A stretch of DNA of 64,000 nt from Candidatus Komeilibacteria bacterium S5_K13 (GCA_019248485.1 JAEHGL010000002.1:1324-65323), one strand, 5' to 3'. Positions 33,851-44,834 are shown, counted from the first letter of the stretch. The notes: a model not told the origin generated them from the sequence alone. Translations and numbers: made by a program.

Positions 33851-34117
33851 TTATTTTACTTTTGCGTTGATTTTTTTTGCCATTCTAGACTTAATTCTGG
33901 AAGCTTTGTTCTTGTTAAATGGACGAGCTCTTTTTGCAGCCTTGTCTACTGATTTCTGAAGTTTTTTGTAAAGAACTTTTGCATCATCTTTTTTAATTTC
34001 AACAGCTGTTATAATTTCTTTTTGAAGATCTTTGATTCTTCTTTTTGTTTGACGATTATGAGCTGTTCTTTTTGCTGTCTTTCTAAGTTCTTTTATGGCT
34101 GATTTTTTTTGTGGCAT
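33851..34117 (-). CDS. rpsT: 30S ribosomal protein S20
   Basis: 88 aa, basic, MPQKKSAIKELRKTAKRTAHN... S20-like N-terminus. Confidence 0.8.
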   Translation of the reverse strand: MPQKKSAIKELRKTAKRTAHNRQTKRRIKDLQKEIITAVEIKKDDAKVLYKKLQKSVDKAAKRARPFNKNKASRIKSRMAKKINAKVK

Positions 34118-34365
34118 AAAATTTAATTTTGAATTATTAATTTTGAATTTTGATTAGATTTTTAATGATTTAATTATTCAATTGTTTGTAATCCATCACC
34201 CGATGGAGAATCTGAGCGTTTATTAGAGTATTCATAATTTAGCACATAATCTATAAAAAATCAATGGTAGTCTAAATGTCATTTTATTGACACAAGCTAA
34301 TAATAGATGTAATTTTATTAAGGCTATAAAAGCCAAAATATATCATCATATTTAAGGAGGATACA

Positions 34366-35658
34366 ATGAATACTGGAGTTTTTGGTTGCCTTTGGGGCGA
34401 CGAAGCAAAAGCAAAGATTGTCGACGAAGAGTTAGCGCGCGGTTGTTATCATGCTAATGTCAGATTTCAGGGTGGTCCAAATGCTGGACACACTATTTAT
34501 TCTAAGGGAAAAAAATATGTGCTTCATTCTGTGCCAACAGGCATTTTTTATGAACATCTTGATCTTATTATAGCTGGCGGATGTGTTTTTCATCCGACTG
34601 TATTAATGAATGAGATAAGAGACCTTGAATCTAAGGGCATATCATTTGATGGGAGATTGCATATTTTTTCAAATGTTACGATTATAACAAAGTATGAATT
34701 AGCTAGTGATGGCGCAATGGAAGATTTTCTATCCTCTAGTTCTTTTAAAATAGGAACAACTCGTAGAGGTATTGGTCCTGCCTACGCACATAGGGCTGCC
34801 CGTATCGCTATACTATTTGAAGATCTTTTTGGAGACGATGCCGCTCTTTTAGAAAAGCTTAAAAGGCTTTCTGTGGATGTAAATCCAAGGCTGGTGGCAT
34901 ATGGAGTAGACCCCATTGATCCACTTGATGCCCTTAGTGACTTGAAGGAACATTCAGACTTTCTTCGGCAGTATATGGTATACAATACATATATTGGTGA
35001 GCTTCTTGAATCGGGAAAGAGTATTCTTTTTGAAGGGGCTCAAGGGGCAGGATTAGATATTATAAATGGTACTTATTCATTTGCAACGTCTTTTCCATTG
35101 TCTCCGGGAGCAATCCAAATATCTTGTAATATACCAATGAAATATATCCATAAGATAATTGGTGTTGCAAAAGCATATCCAACTCGTGTTGGTGAGGGTC
35201 CATTTCCTACACAGATCTTCGGTGAGTCAGAGGACTCACTTAGAAGGACTGGTAATGAATACGGCGCTACCACAGGAAGAAATAGAAGGTGTGGTTGGCC
35301 AGATCGGGTAATGTTGTCTTATGTAATAAGGTCATTTGGTATAACAGAGCTTGCAGTTTCATGTCTTGATACTATTAGTAAATTTTCTCAAGAGGTTGGT
35401 AGTATTAAGATTTGTGATGCTTACTCTATAAATGGTGTGAACATCGATTATCCAAAGAGCATTACAGATTCTTATTTGAAGAATATTCAACCAGTATATA
35501 GAGAGTTCGACCTATCTTGTGATTGCTTCAGAATTAACAATATCAATGATTTACCGTTTAAGGCCCAAAACTTTATTAGTCAAACGCAGGATAGGCTCCG
35601 TGTTCCTATTACAATGATAAGTACGGGACCAAATAGAGGAGACATAATTATGCTCTAA
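34366..35658 (+). CDS. purA: adenylosuccinate synthetase homolog with variant P-loop
   Basis: Motifs shared with E. coli PurA along its length (TTRRGIGPAY, FEGAQG, ATTGRNRRCGW, STGP), but GDEGKGK becomes GDEAKAK and GGHNAGHT becomes GGPNAGHT. Confidence 0.8.
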   Translation: MNTGVFGCLWGDEAKAKIVDEELARGCYHANVRFQGGPNAGHTIYSKGKKYVLHSVPTGIFYEHLDLIIAGGCVFHPTVLMNEIRDLESKGISFDGRLHIFSNVTIITKYELASDGAMEDFLSSSSFKIGTTRRGIGPAYAHRAARIAILFEDLFGDDAALLEKLKRLSVDVNPRLVAYGVDPIDPLDALSDLKEHSDFLRQYMVYNTYIGELLESGKSILFEGAQGAGLDIINGTYSFATSFPLSPGAIQISCNIPMKYIHKIIGVAKAYPTRVGEGPFPTQIFGESEDSLRRTGNEYGATTGRNRRCGWPDRVMLSYVIRSFGITELAVSCLDTISKFSQEVGSIKICDAYSINGVNIDYPKSITDSYLKNIQPVYREFDLSCDCFRINNINDLPFKAQNFISQTQDRLRVPITMISTGPNRGDIIML

Positions 35659-35698
35659 AACATAATAACAAGGGGAGGCTTTCGCTTCCCTTATTTTT

Positions 35699-36448
35699 TT
35701 ATTTTATCTTTTTTATAATATCTTGGATTTTGAGTTTTTTCTTTTCTAGAGTTGCAAGGTTTATAGCTTTTACATCAATAGATCTTTTCAAATCAAATTT
35801 TCCTATTTTTGTTCGCTCAAGCGCTATAAGCATTGCGCCAGTTCTAAGTTTTTCTCCTAAGTCATTTGCAATAGATCTGATATAGGTTCCTTTTGAGCAG
35901 TCTATTTCAAGTTTTAGAATGGGATATTTGTATTTCAGTATTTTTATTTTTTCTATATTTATTTCAACGGGTTCTATTTTTGGGGTTTTGTTATCTCTTG
36001 CCATTTTGTATAAACGAACCCCCTTTATTTTCTTAGCAGAAAAAATTGGAGGGGTTTGCATAACTAGCCCTGTAAAATGATTTTTGATAATATTCTCGAT
36101 TTCTTTTTTGCTTGGTTTTTTATCAATCTTTATAGTTTTAACATTTCCTTCTTTGTCATAAGTATCGGACGTTTTCCCAAGTTCAATACTTGCTATATAT
36201 GTTTTGCCTAAAAAATGAAATGCATCAAGAAATTTTGTGGCAGATGAAGTCGCTATTATCATAAGTCCAGTAGCCAGGGGATCTAGGGTGCCAGAGAAAC
36301 CAACTTTTTTAAGGCCTGTGATTTTTCGTATTTTATGAATTATAGAAAAAGAAGGAAATCCAATATCTTTGTTTATAAGATAAAAATTGGCATTTTCATC
36401 ACTCTCAATTTTTTCTATTATTTTTTGATTGTTGCAAGGATTTTCCAT
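35699..36448 (-). CDS. truB: tRNA pseudouridine(55) synthase
   Basis: GFSGTLDPLATGLMII catalytic-Asp motif. Confidence 0.9.
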   Translation of the reverse strand: MENPCNNQKIIEKIESDENANFYLINKDIGFPSFSIIHKIRKITGLKKVGFSGTLDPLATGLMIIATSSATKFLDAFHFLGKTYIASIELGKTSDTYDKEGNVKTIKIDKKPSKKEIENIIKNHFTGLVMQTPPIFSAKKIKGVRLYKMARDNKTPKIEPVEINIEKIKILKYKYPILKLEIDCSKGTYIRSIANDLGEKLRTGAMLIALERTKIGKFDLKRSIDVKAINLATLEKKKLKIQDIIKKIK

Positions 36449-36585
36449 GTATTTAGCTTAACAGAAATGGTTTAATTAGTAAATTTATATAGCATTGATT
36501 TAGGCTTTTTTATAAGGTAAAATGAGATTAGGAGGGTTAGAGAATTAGAAGATTAGAATGTATTTATAATAAGTCATTTTATATT

Positions 36586-36629
36586 CACTAATTTTCTAAC
36601 CATTCTGACATTCTAACCCCACTAACCAT
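36586..36629 (+). promoter_or_regulatory. ACUAAYC/CUAACC-repeat leader abutting the ruvA start codon
   Basis: cactaattttctaaccattctgacattctaaccccactaaccat followed by ATG; an inverted TTAG-rich arm gggttagagaattagaagattagaatg lies at 36536-36562. Confidence 0.45.
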
Positions 36630-37208
36630 ATGATAGCCTACTTAAAAGGACAAATTATAAAAAAGACAGAAAAAGATATAATACTTTTGGTTAATAATAT
36701 TGGATATGAAATATATTTGCCAGAGAAATTTTTGTCTGATATAGACTCAAATCAGGATTTGGAGCTTTTTGTATATCATAAACAAAGAGAAGACGCTCAG
36801 GAGCTTTATGGGTTTTCGAGCTATGAGGAGCGAGAGTTTTTTAAACAGCTTTTGTCTGTATCAGGTGTCGGACCAAAGTCGGCAATAAGCGTTTTGTCTA
36901 TTGCTAATGTGGATGACTTAAGATGTGCAATTGTCTCTGGAAATGCAGACATGTTTAAAAAGGTATCTGGCATTGGATCAAAAACTGCTGAGAGAATTAT
37001 CATAGATCTTAAAAACAAATTAGGATCTTTGAATTTTTCGTCTTTGAATAATTCATCTTTAGATAATCAAGATTTAGAAGTATTTGAAGCGCTTAGTACA
37101 CTTGGATTTCAAGATAATGATATAAGAAATATTTATAATCAAATACCAAGGGATCTTGAAAAAAGTTCTGATAAAATAAAATACGCATTAAAATTACTTA
37201 AAAAATAG
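36630..37208 (+). CDS. ruvA: Holliday junction branch-migration protein RuvA
   Basis: MIAYLKG N-terminus and the two HhH motifs (LLSVSGVGPKSA, VSGIGSKTAERI). Confidence 0.9.
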   Translation: MIAYLKGQIIKKTEKDIILLVNNIGYEIYLPEKFLSDIDSNQDLELFVYHKQREDAQELYGFSSYEEREFFKQLLSVSGVGPKSAISVLSIANVDDLRCAIVSGNADMFKKVSGIGSKTAERIIIDLKNKLGSLNFSSLNNSSLDNQDLEVFEALSTLGFQDNDIRNIYNQIPRDLEKSSDKIKYALKLLKK

Positions 37209-37209
37209 A

Positions 37210-38223
37210 ATGATAAGACAAATATCACATGAAGAACTAGATAATTTTTCTTCATCAGTAGAATATAGCCAGTTTTTACAAAGTTCGTCTTGGATAAATT
37301 TTGAAAAAAAACTTGGTCATAGAACCTGGCAAATGGGCTTTTTTGATGAGCTAGATGGAGTAGAAAAATTGATTGGTGTTTTTTGTGTTATTGAGAAAAA
37401 ATTGGTTTTAGATATTAGTTATTTATATTGCCCAAGAGGGCCTATATTGATAAATGGACTGACTGAAGAATTAGAGCAGAAATATTTGAAAATTATTTTA
37501 AAGGGTGTTAGAGATATTTGCATTAGCACAAAGGTTCAAAATGAAATATTTTTTAGATTTGAACCCAACATATTTCCACTTAATTTAGATAATACAAAAA
37601 AAGTAAAATCATTTCAACCAGAAAGCACAATTATATTAGACCTGAGCCAAGATTTAGAAGATATTTTGAAAAATATGCATCAGAAAACAAGATATAATAT
37701 TAATCTTGCAAAGAAGAAAGAAGTAGAAATTTCAAAAGTTGAAATTAATTTGGAAAATAAAAATATATTTTTTAATCTTATAAGTCAGACATCAAAAAGA
37801 GATAAGTTTATACCACACTCAAGGAATTATTATGAAAAATTATTAGACAATAAGGCAGGAGAGGCGTCTCTATGGTTTGCAAAATACAAAAAAGATGTAA
37901 TTTGTGCAAACATTGTAATGAGTCATGGAGACACTGTTACCTATACTCATGGAGCATCATCGGATGAACATAAAAACATAATGGCCCCATATTTACTTCA
38001 ATTCGAGCAAATAAAATGGGCAAAAAGTGGCGGATATAGATTTTATGATTTTTGGGGAGTTTCAAAAACAGATGATAAAAATGATCCATGGTTTGGTTTT
38101 AGTAGATTCAAAAAAGGTTTTGGAGGAAGTATAAAAACTTATCCAGGAACATATGAAGTGGTTTTTAATAAAAAGTTTTATTCTTTTTATTCTATGTATA
38201 AAAAAATTAGAAAATTTATATGA
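37210..38223 (+). CDS. FemAB-family peptidoglycan interpeptide aminoacyltransferase
   Basis: 337 aa with FemAB-like GNAT-fold motifs (WQMGFF..., YDFWGV); adjacent to a Mur ligase. Confidence 0.65.
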   Translation: MIRQISHEELDNFSSSVEYSQFLQSSSWINFEKKLGHRTWQMGFFDELDGVEKLIGVFCVIEKKLVLDISYLYCPRGPILINGLTEELEQKYLKIILKGVRDICISTKVQNEIFFRFEPNIFPLNLDNTKKVKSFQPESTIILDLSQDLEDILKNMHQKTRYNINLAKKKEVEISKVEINLENKNIFFNLISQTSKRDKFIPHSRNYYEKLLDNKAGEASLWFAKYKKDVICANIVMSHGDTVTYTHGASSDEHKNIMAPYLLQFEQIKWAKSGGYRFYDFWGVSKTDDKNDPWFGFSRFKKGFGGSIKTYPGTYEVVFNKKFYSFYSMYKKIRKFI

Positions 38224-39551
38224 TTAAAAAAATAATAAAAAAAATTTTACCCAATGAGTTTATTTCTATTTACCATAAGAGTTTAGCAATATTAGCAAAT
38301 TATTTATACGGAGAGCCATCAAATGATTTAGTTGTGATAGGGGTGACAGGCACAAACGGAAAGTCTACAGTTGTTAATATTATATCTCATATTTTGGAAA
38401 AAGCCGGATATAAGGTGGGGCATACATCAACGGTAAGTTTCAAAATAGGAGATAAGGTTTGGCTTAATGATAGAAAAATGACGATGATAGGACGTATGGC
38501 ATTACAAAAGATCTTGAAAAATATGAAAAGAGAAGGGTGTAGATATGTAATAGTTGAAACATCGTCTGAGGGAATAAAACAATTTAGACATATTGGTGTA
38601 AATTATGATGTATTAGTTTTTACCAATCTTACGCCAGAGCATTTGGAAGCTCATGGTGGATTTGAAAATTATAAAAATTGCAAATTAGAGTTATTTAAAA
38701 ATCTTAATGATTTAGATAGGAAGTCTCTGCAAATTTTTGATAGCCTACCACAAGCTAAAAAGATAGAAAAAGTTATAATAGCGAATAAAGATGATCAGTA
38801 TTTTGGTGAGTTTTATACAAATGCTAGTGATAAAAAATTTAGTTATAGCATAAACAAAGAAAGTGATTTTCGGGCTGCAAACATAAATCATGAAAATTTT
38901 AAAACAGATTTTAGTGTTAATAATATTGATTTTTACAGCCCTCTTATAGGTGATTTTAATATTTATAATGTTTTAGCGGCTATTTGCGTTGGATATTCTC
39001 AGGGCATTTCACTTGAATCTATGAGTGAATTTATAAAAGATTTTAAGGGTACTCCTGGAAGAATGGAATTTATAAATAAGGGGCAGAATTTTAATATTCT
39101 AGTAGATTATGCACCAGAAGTAGAGAGTCTTAGAAATTTATACTCAACAATAGATTTGTTTCCTTATAGAAAGCTTATTCATGTGCTTGGTTCTTGTGGT
39201 GGAGGAAGAGACAGGGATAGACAACCCATCTTGGGTCAAATGGCGGGGGAAAGAGCAGATATAATAATAGTTACAAATGAAGATCCGTATGACGATGATC
39301 CAATGGAAATAATAAATAATGTTGCATTGGGAGCAGAAAATGTGGGCAGAGTAATTGGTGAGGATTTGTTTAAAATTTTGGATAGAAGAGTTGCTATAAA
39401 GAAAGCCTTAGAAATAGCAGAAGAAGGAGATCTTGTTCTTATAACAGGAAAGGGCGCAGAGCAATTTATGTGTGTAAAAAATGGAATGAAGTTGCCATGG
39501 GATGATAGGAAAGTGATAATAGAGGAACTTAATAATAGGGTAATAGGTTAA
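38220..39551 (+). CDS. Mur ligase (MurE-like UDP-MurNAc-tripeptide synthetase)
   Basis: GVTGTNGKST P-loop and Mur ligase central and C-terminal domains; a 4-nt overlap with femAB suggests an operon. Confidence 0.65.
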   Translation: MIKKIIKKILPNEFISIYHKSLAILANYLYGEPSNDLVVIGVTGTNGKSTVVNIISHILEKAGYKVGHTSTVSFKIGDKVWLNDRKMTMIGRMALQKILKNMKREGCRYVIVETSSEGIKQFRHIGVNYDVLVFTNLTPEHLEAHGGFENYKNCKLELFKNLNDLDRKSLQIFDSLPQAKKIEKVIIANKDDQYFGEFYTNASDKKFSYSINKESDFRAANINHENFKTDFSVNNIDFYSPLIGDFNIYNVLAAICVGYSQGISLESMSEFIKDFKGTPGRMEFINKGQNFNILVDYAPEVESLRNLYSTIDLFPYRKLIHVLGSCGGGRDRDRQPILGQMAGERADIIIVTNEDPYDDDPMEIINNVALGAENVGRVIGEDLFKILDRRVAIKKALEIAEEGDLVLITGKGAEQFMCVKNGMKLPWDDRKVIIEELNNRVIG

Positions 39552-39627
39552 TTGCAATAATAGATTGATTGTTTAATTGATTAATAAAATAATAGAGTAA
39601 AATTTTAGGTTCTCGACCTTACCCTCT

Positions 39628-39715
39628 CGACGTTGCTCTCCTCGAGTCTGAGCGATGCTGAGCGACCCTGAGCATGGCCGAAGGGGAGTCGAAGTAGAGT
39701 CGAAGACGAGGACTT
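39628..39715 (+). promoter_or_regulatory. GC-rich upstream module A: shared 30-mer plus GAGTCGAAG direct repeats
   Basis: ctctcctcgagtctgagcgatgctgagcga ... ggagtcgaagtagagtcgaagacgagg, ~90 nt upstream of the 39805 CDS; it is the reverse-complement partner of 46262-46385. Confidence 0.5.
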
Positions 39716-39804
39716 TGTTCGAACATTAAAATTTTTTAATTTTTATAATTAATCTCAGTATTTTATTCTGAACTTCGACTGAGCTCAGTTTAAGTATCGA
39801 GAAT

Positions 39805-40671
39805 TTGAGATTAAATAGTATGAAAAAAGTTTTTATAATATTGATGGTTATTAGTTTATTTATATCAGTATTTGTTTTATTTTATAAAAGAACCACAATA
39901 AAAGAGTGGTTTTTTGATTTAGAAAAAAAACGACAATTACCAATTGAAGTTTCAAAAAATGAAGTATCTTCGTCAAGTGAGGATTTGATAGAATATAATA
40001 ATATCTCAGATAAAAACACAGAGACGTTCCCGCCCAAGGCGGGCATGAATGCTTCATCTACGCAAAATGATGATGAAGTGCCAAATCCGAGCGAATTAAT
40101 CAAAGAAGAGGTTAATTTAAAAGTTCCTTTTATTGTTCAGTCGCCAGATCAAAAATGGCAAGGAATATACAAGGAAGCCTGTGAAGAGGCAAGTATTTTA
40201 ATGGTTTATGGATTTTTAGAAAGTAAAGAAATCACGGTTGATTTTGCAATGACTCAAATCGCAGATATGATAAATTGGGCAGACACTAATATTACAATAT
40301 CTGAAGACCTTACCTCAGCGCAAACACTGGAGCTTGCAAGAGGGTTTTATAAATTAACTGGTGAGGTAATTAAATTAAATTCAATTGATGACATAAAGAA
40401 AATTGTATCAAATGGTAATCTTGTAATAATTCCGGCTTTAGGGAGAGAACTTAAAAATCCAAACTTCAAGTCTCCTGGCCCACTTTATCATATGCTTGTT
40501 GTAAAAGGCTATACAAAAAGTGGTATGATAATTACAAATGACCCCGGAACCAGAAAGGGTAAGGATTATTTGTATGATCCTGTAATTTTTTGGAATGCGA
40601 TAGCAGACTGGGATAATGAGATTAAAAGTCCAGATGCGAGTAGAAAAGTTGGGATTCTATTAACAGATTAA
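39805..40671 (+). CDS. secreted C39-like (papain-fold) peptidase-domain protein
   Basis: N-terminal TM/signal; Cys context EACEEASILMVYGF and His context YHMLVVKGYTKSG resemble Peptidase_C39_2. Confidence 0.45.
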   Translation: MRLNSMKKVFIILMVISLFISVFVLFYKRTTIKEWFFDLEKKRQLPIEVSKNEVSSSSEDLIEYNNISDKNTETFPPKAGMNASSTQNDDEVPNPSELIKEEVNLKVPFIVQSPDQKWQGIYKEACEEASILMVYGFLESKEITVDFAMTQIADMINWADTNITISEDLTSAQTLELARGFYKLTGEVIKLNSIDDIKKIVSNGNLVIIPALGRELKNPNFKSPGPLYHMLVVKGYTKSGMIITNDPGTRKGKDYLYDPVIFWNAIADWDNEIKSPDASRKVGILLTD

Positions 40672-40768
40672 TTGTGTAATTGGATAATAGGGTAATAGAA
40701 TTTGAATAACAGAATAATGAATAAAAAAATACGAGGTAAAATACTCGTGTTTTTTATTTATAAAAATA

Positions 40769-41344
40769 TTATATTTTTTGTATAGATTTTTTACCTAGTA
40801 TTATTGCAAAGACAACTATGTAGTTAGCGATAATGATATAAATTGGATATGCAAGTAAAACAAAATCAAATGATCCAACAGCTAAAGCTCCAAATATGCC
40901 AGAAGTCCCAGATATAAGCCATGTGTTCATCGTTTCGCTTTTTGGATCTTTGTAGGCTTTGGTCATTGTTAAAAATACGCCAATGAAATCAATGAGAATT
41001 ACAATGAATAATGCAAATAGCGCTTCTTTTGTTATTGCCCACAATAAAAGACCAATTCCAGCTGTAATAAGCGCTTTTATATCTCTTTTATTAAGTCCAC
41101 CAACGCCATATTTTATTGAAAGGATAAATACGATTAAAACAGAAAGTGTTTGTCCAGCCGTAAGCCATAGTGAGTCAGTGGCGCCTTTGACTAGTTGAGA
41201 AAAAAATGCAATAAGTCCTAGCACCGTCCAAATAAGCCAGGAGGCTCTTTCAGGTTTTGTGGTTTTTTTAAAAATGTCTATGATATATGGGATAATCATT
41301 ATAATGCTTAAAATCGCAGATGTATAACCAAAAAATTCTTGCAT
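40769..41344 (-). CDS. hypothetical polytopic membrane protein
   Basis: 191 aa, ~6 TM helices. Confidence 0.35.
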   Translation of the reverse strand: MQEFFGYTSAILSIIMIIPYIIDIFKKTTKPERASWLIWTVLGLIAFFSQLVKGATDSLWLTAGQTLSVLIVFILSIKYGVGGLNKRDIKALITAGIGLLLWAITKEALFALFIVILIDFIGVFLTMTKAYKDPKSETMNTWLISGTSGIFGALAVGSFDFVLLAYPIYIIIANYIVVFAIILGKKSIQKI

Positions 41345-41353
41345 TTTTTTATT

Positions 41354-41614
41354 TTATATTATCGCTGTGATTGTCGTAATAATTCCAAATAGTATAGCTG
41401 GAATATTACAAGCTACTATTGGCCAATCTTTTTTCTTTTTAAGTAGTGCATAGGATGTCCAGGCAATACCACTAAAAGTTGTAATTACAGGAACTAGTAT
41501 GGATCCTTTTTGACCAGATATGTTTAGTCTTATTTGATCTAAGTATGAAGTGTACATAGATAGGGTAATAATAGAAGCAACCCAACCAATTTTATTTATA
41601 GTTTTTTCATTCAT
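41354..41614 (-). CDS. small 3-TM membrane protein (SemiSWEET-like size)
   Basis: 86 aa, three hydrophobic helices. Confidence 0.3.
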   Translation of the reverse strand: MNEKTINKIGWVASIITLSMYTSYLDQIRLNISGQKGSILVPVITTFSGIAWTSYALLKKKKDWPIVACNIPAILFGIITTITAII

Positions 41615-41647
41615 CGTTTTATTTTGTATTAATTTTTGTTATTAAAC

Positions 41648-41926
41648 TCATTTTCTGATTTCGTCTTTAAATCTTTTTCCAGCACGGAATTTTGGAGTTT
41701 TGACTGAAGGAATTTGAATTCTTTCTGATATGTTTCTTGGGTTTACTCCACTTCTTTCTTTGCTTGTTACAACTTCAAATTGTCCAAAACCTGTTAATAC
41801 CACTTTTCCACCATTTTTCAATTCTTCAATAATAGCATTTTCAAATTCATCCACAATGTTTTCTATACTCTTTTTTGTAGAATGTGTTTTGTTTGCTATT
41901 ATTTCTACTAATTTTACTTTGTTCAT
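41648..41926 (-). CDS. hup: DNA-binding protein HU
   Basis: 92 aa with the HU/IHF fold signature (GFGQFEV...R.GVNPRN...I.IP). On the minus strand it is preceded by ACUAAAC repeats with no SD. Confidence 0.9.
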   Translation of the reverse strand: MNKVKLVEIIANKTHSTKKSIENIVDEFENAIIEELKNGGKVVLTGFGQFEVVTSKERSGVNPRNISERIQIPSVKTPKFRAGKRFKDEIRK

Positions 41927-41958
41927 AATAGTAGTGTTTAGTACTTAGCGTTTAGTAT

Positions 41959-41991
41959 TTTCCGCCAGAGGCGGATCAGCCTTTGGCTGAA
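41959..41991 (-). repeat. 33-nt double-hairpin element (copy 2 of 3, reverse orientation)
   Basis: Reverse complement is cttcagccaaaggctgatccgcctctggcggaa; lies between the ymdB stop and the hup start. Confidence 0.55.
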
Positions 41992-42047
41992 GTATTCAGT
42001 GCTATTGGTCTAAACTCTAACAACTAAATACTAATCTCTTAATTTTA

Positions 42048-42869
42048 TTATATCAATACCTCTTCATTAATCAATTTTATTTTACTGCTAGACATTTTTT
42101 TGTCTAATTCTAAAAAAGCACCGCTAACTTTTACAATTCCAGTTTCGGGAAGATTGAATACAATTTTGCTATCAGTAAGAAACTTTTCTATAATAACTTC
42201 TTTACCAACGCCTATTACAGATTCTTTTGCGCCAACCATACCAATGTCTGTGAGGTAAATAGTTCCCTTTTTAAGTGTTTGAGGATCATTTGTTTGTACA
42301 TGTGTGTGTGTTCCCAAAACAGCGTGTGCTTTTCCATCTATATAAAATCCAAATGCAACTTTTTCACTGGTTGTTTCAGCGTGAAAGTCTACTACCAAGT
42401 AGTCATAATTTTTTTTGAGTTTTCTGTATATTTCATCAAATTTTTTAAACGGACAAGTTGCATCAGGACCTTCTGTCACAAAAGTTCTGCCAAGTAGATT
42501 AATAATTGCTAACTTTGTTTTCCCTAATTTAATAATTTTATAACCATTTCCAACATTTGTTTGATTGAAGTTTTCTGGAATTATCATTTGCACCTTACCA
42601 TTTTCAATAATTTTGTTCGGATCTTCTTTTTTGAAAGAATGATTTCCATTCGTAAAAAAATTAATGCCGATTTTGTGCATTTCTAATAAATTCTTTTCAG
42701 TGACGCCTTTTCCGTGGGAAATATTATCTGCATTAGCAATCGTAATATCAGGAGAGTATTTTTTTTGTAATTTTGGCAATACTTTTGTAAGGGCCTTTCT
42801 TGCGATAGCTCCAGATATATCACCAAAGAATAAGATTTTTAACATAAATTTATAATGATCAATTTTCAA
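42048..42869 (-). CDS. ymdB: YmdB-family metallophosphoesterase (2',3'-cyclic-nucleotide phosphodiesterase)
   Basis: KILFFGDISG N-terminus, the GNHSF motif and 273 aa; sits immediately downstream of rny as in Firmicutes. Confidence 0.8.
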   Translation of the reverse strand: MKIDHYKFMLKILFFGDISGAIARKALTKVLPKLQKKYSPDITIANADNISHGKGVTEKNLLEMHKIGINFFTNGNHSFKKEDPNKIIENGKVQMIIPENFNQTNVGNGYKIIKLGKTKLAIINLLGRTFVTEGPDATCPFKKFDEIYRKLKKNYDYLVVDFHAETTSEKVAFGFYIDGKAHAVLGTHTHVQTNDPQTLKKGTIYLTDIGMVGAKESVIGVGKEVIIEKFLTDSKIVFNLPETGIVKVSGAFLELDKKMSSSKIKLINEEVLI

Positions 42870-42958
42870 ATTACAAATTTCAGATAAATTCCAATAGCCA
42901 ATTTTCTAATATTCGGTTATTGATTATTATTTGATTTTTGAGTATTGGTTATTCTCCG

Positions 42959-44488
42959 TTATCTAGCGTATTCTGTGATTCTAGTTTCTCTTATTACATT
43001 GACCTTTATTTCTCCAGGGTATTTAAGTTCGTTTTCTATTTTATCAGCAATGTCTCTTGCAAGTTTTATAGCCTTTAGATCGTCAACTTCTTCGGGGCGA
43101 ACAAATATTCTTATTTCTCTTCCTGCTTGAATAGCATAGCATTTTTCAACTCCCTCAAATGATAATGTGATTTTTTCAAGTTCGTCTAATCTTTGCAAGA
43201 AGTTTTCATAAGTATCTTTTCTTGCCCCCGGTCTTGCCCCACTAATTGAGTCAGCGACTTTTACTATAATAGCCTCTAATGTTGGTGGATTGTCTTCGTG
43301 ATGGGTCTTTGCACAAATAGCGACTTCCTCACTGATATTGAATTTTTTGAGTATGTCATATCCAATATCAGGATGAGTTCCCTGTATTTCATGATCAACC
43401 GCCTTTCCAATATCATGGAAAAGACCACCTTTTTTTGCAACAGGTACATCAGCACCAAGCTCTTCCGCAATAAGTGCTGAAAGATATGCTACTTCAAGAG
43501 AGTGTTTTAATTGATTCTGGCCATATGAAGTTCTGTATTTAAGTCTTCCTAGAATTTGAACAAGTTTTGGATCGACGCCGGTTATTCCTGTTTCATAAAT
43601 TGATTCTTCTCCAGCCTTTTTTATATCACTTGATAATTCTTTTTTTGCTTCTTCGACGGTTTCTTCTATTTTTCCTGGATGAATTCTTCCATCTAGAATA
43701 AGCTTATCAAGAGTTCTTTTTGCTAAGTGGCGTCTTATGGGATTAAATCCCGAGATAATAATTGTATCAGGTGTATCATCAATAATAATTTCAACGCCAG
43801 TAAGTTTTTCTATTGTTCTAATATTTCTTCCCTCACGACCAATAATTTTACCCTTTACTTCATCAGAAGTAATGTTTACCGTTGTTGTTGTTGTTTCGTT
43901 TGCGTGAGAAATAGCACAGCGTTGAATAGCTGTTGAAAGCAGGTCTCTTGCTCTTTTTTCAAGTTCTTCATTTGATTCCTGCTCGAGTTTTTTTATCCTT
44001 GTAACTAGCTCGTCTTTGATTGTATTCTCAGTTTTTTCAAGTAGCATTATTTTTGCTTCATCTTGATTCATTTTTGAAATTTTTTCTAACCTGTCTAGTT
44101 GCATTTCTTGAATTTTTTTGATTTCTACTTTAAGTCTATCTATCTCTTCATTTTTTGTAATTATTTCTTGTGACTTTGTTTCTATTTCTAGTAATTTTTT
44201 ATCAAAAAGAGATTCTCTTTTTTCAAGTCTTTTTTGAGCATGAATTACTTCTTGCCTTCTTTCTTGCTCTTCTTTTTTGGCGTCATCTATAATTTGAATA
44301 GATTTTTCCTTTGCACTAAGCAGAATGTCTTGTTGTTTTTCCTTTGCCTTTTCAATAATCTCGCCAGCCTTTTTTTCGGCACTATCTACAGAATTTTTTG
44401 CAATGGCTTGTCTTAATTTATAACCAAAGAAAAGTCCTAACACCAAAAGAATTATGACCGTACTCGCATAAATAATTGCATTTAACAT
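42959..44488 (-). CDS. rny: ribonuclease Y
   Basis: N-terminal TM, coiled coil, KH domain (GKIIGREGRNIR) and HD domain (LFHDIGK). Confidence 0.9.
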   Translation of the reverse strand: MLNAIIYASTVIILLVLGLFFGYKLRQAIAKNSVDSAEKKAGEIIEKAKEKQQDILLSAKEKSIQIIDDAKKEEQERRQEVIHAQKRLEKRESLFDKKLLEIETKSQEIITKNEEIDRLKVEIKKIQEMQLDRLEKISKMNQDEAKIMLLEKTENTIKDELVTRIKKLEQESNEELEKRARDLLSTAIQRCAISHANETTTTTVNITSDEVKGKIIGREGRNIRTIEKLTGVEIIIDDTPDTIIISGFNPIRRHLAKRTLDKLILDGRIHPGKIEETVEEAKKELSSDIKKAGEESIYETGITGVDPKLVQILGRLKYRTSYGQNQLKHSLEVAYLSALIAEELGADVPVAKKGGLFHDIGKAVDHEIQGTHPDIGYDILKKFNISEEVAICAKTHHEDNPPTLEAIIVKVADSISGARPGARKDTYENFLQRLDELEKITLSFEGVEKCYAIQAGREIRIFVRPEEVDDLKAIKLARDIADKIENELKYPGEIKVNVIRETRITEYAR

Positions 44489-44834
44489 TTGTTTGTTCTT
44501 TCTAGATTTGTAAACGGAGAGAATTTGTAATTTAGAGCGAAAAAAGACCTTTTTAGGTTTTTATCCTAGTAGTTTTATGTTTTTTATATAAGAAGAATAA
44601 ACTTGTATTTTTTGGCATAAAATAAGGGAAAAATAGGTTCTTTTTAGCTGCTGGTTGACTCTCTATTTCAAAATTTAATTTTTTATTACACTTGTATTCT
44701 ATCACACTTTGATTCCTTTTTCAAGGCGTGTTTGACAAAGATTTTTGGTCAGTGTAGTATACAAGCAAATTATCAAATGGAGGATAAGATGACAAAAAAT
44801 ACGTCAATTATAGGCAAAAAGGAGCTTATTGGTT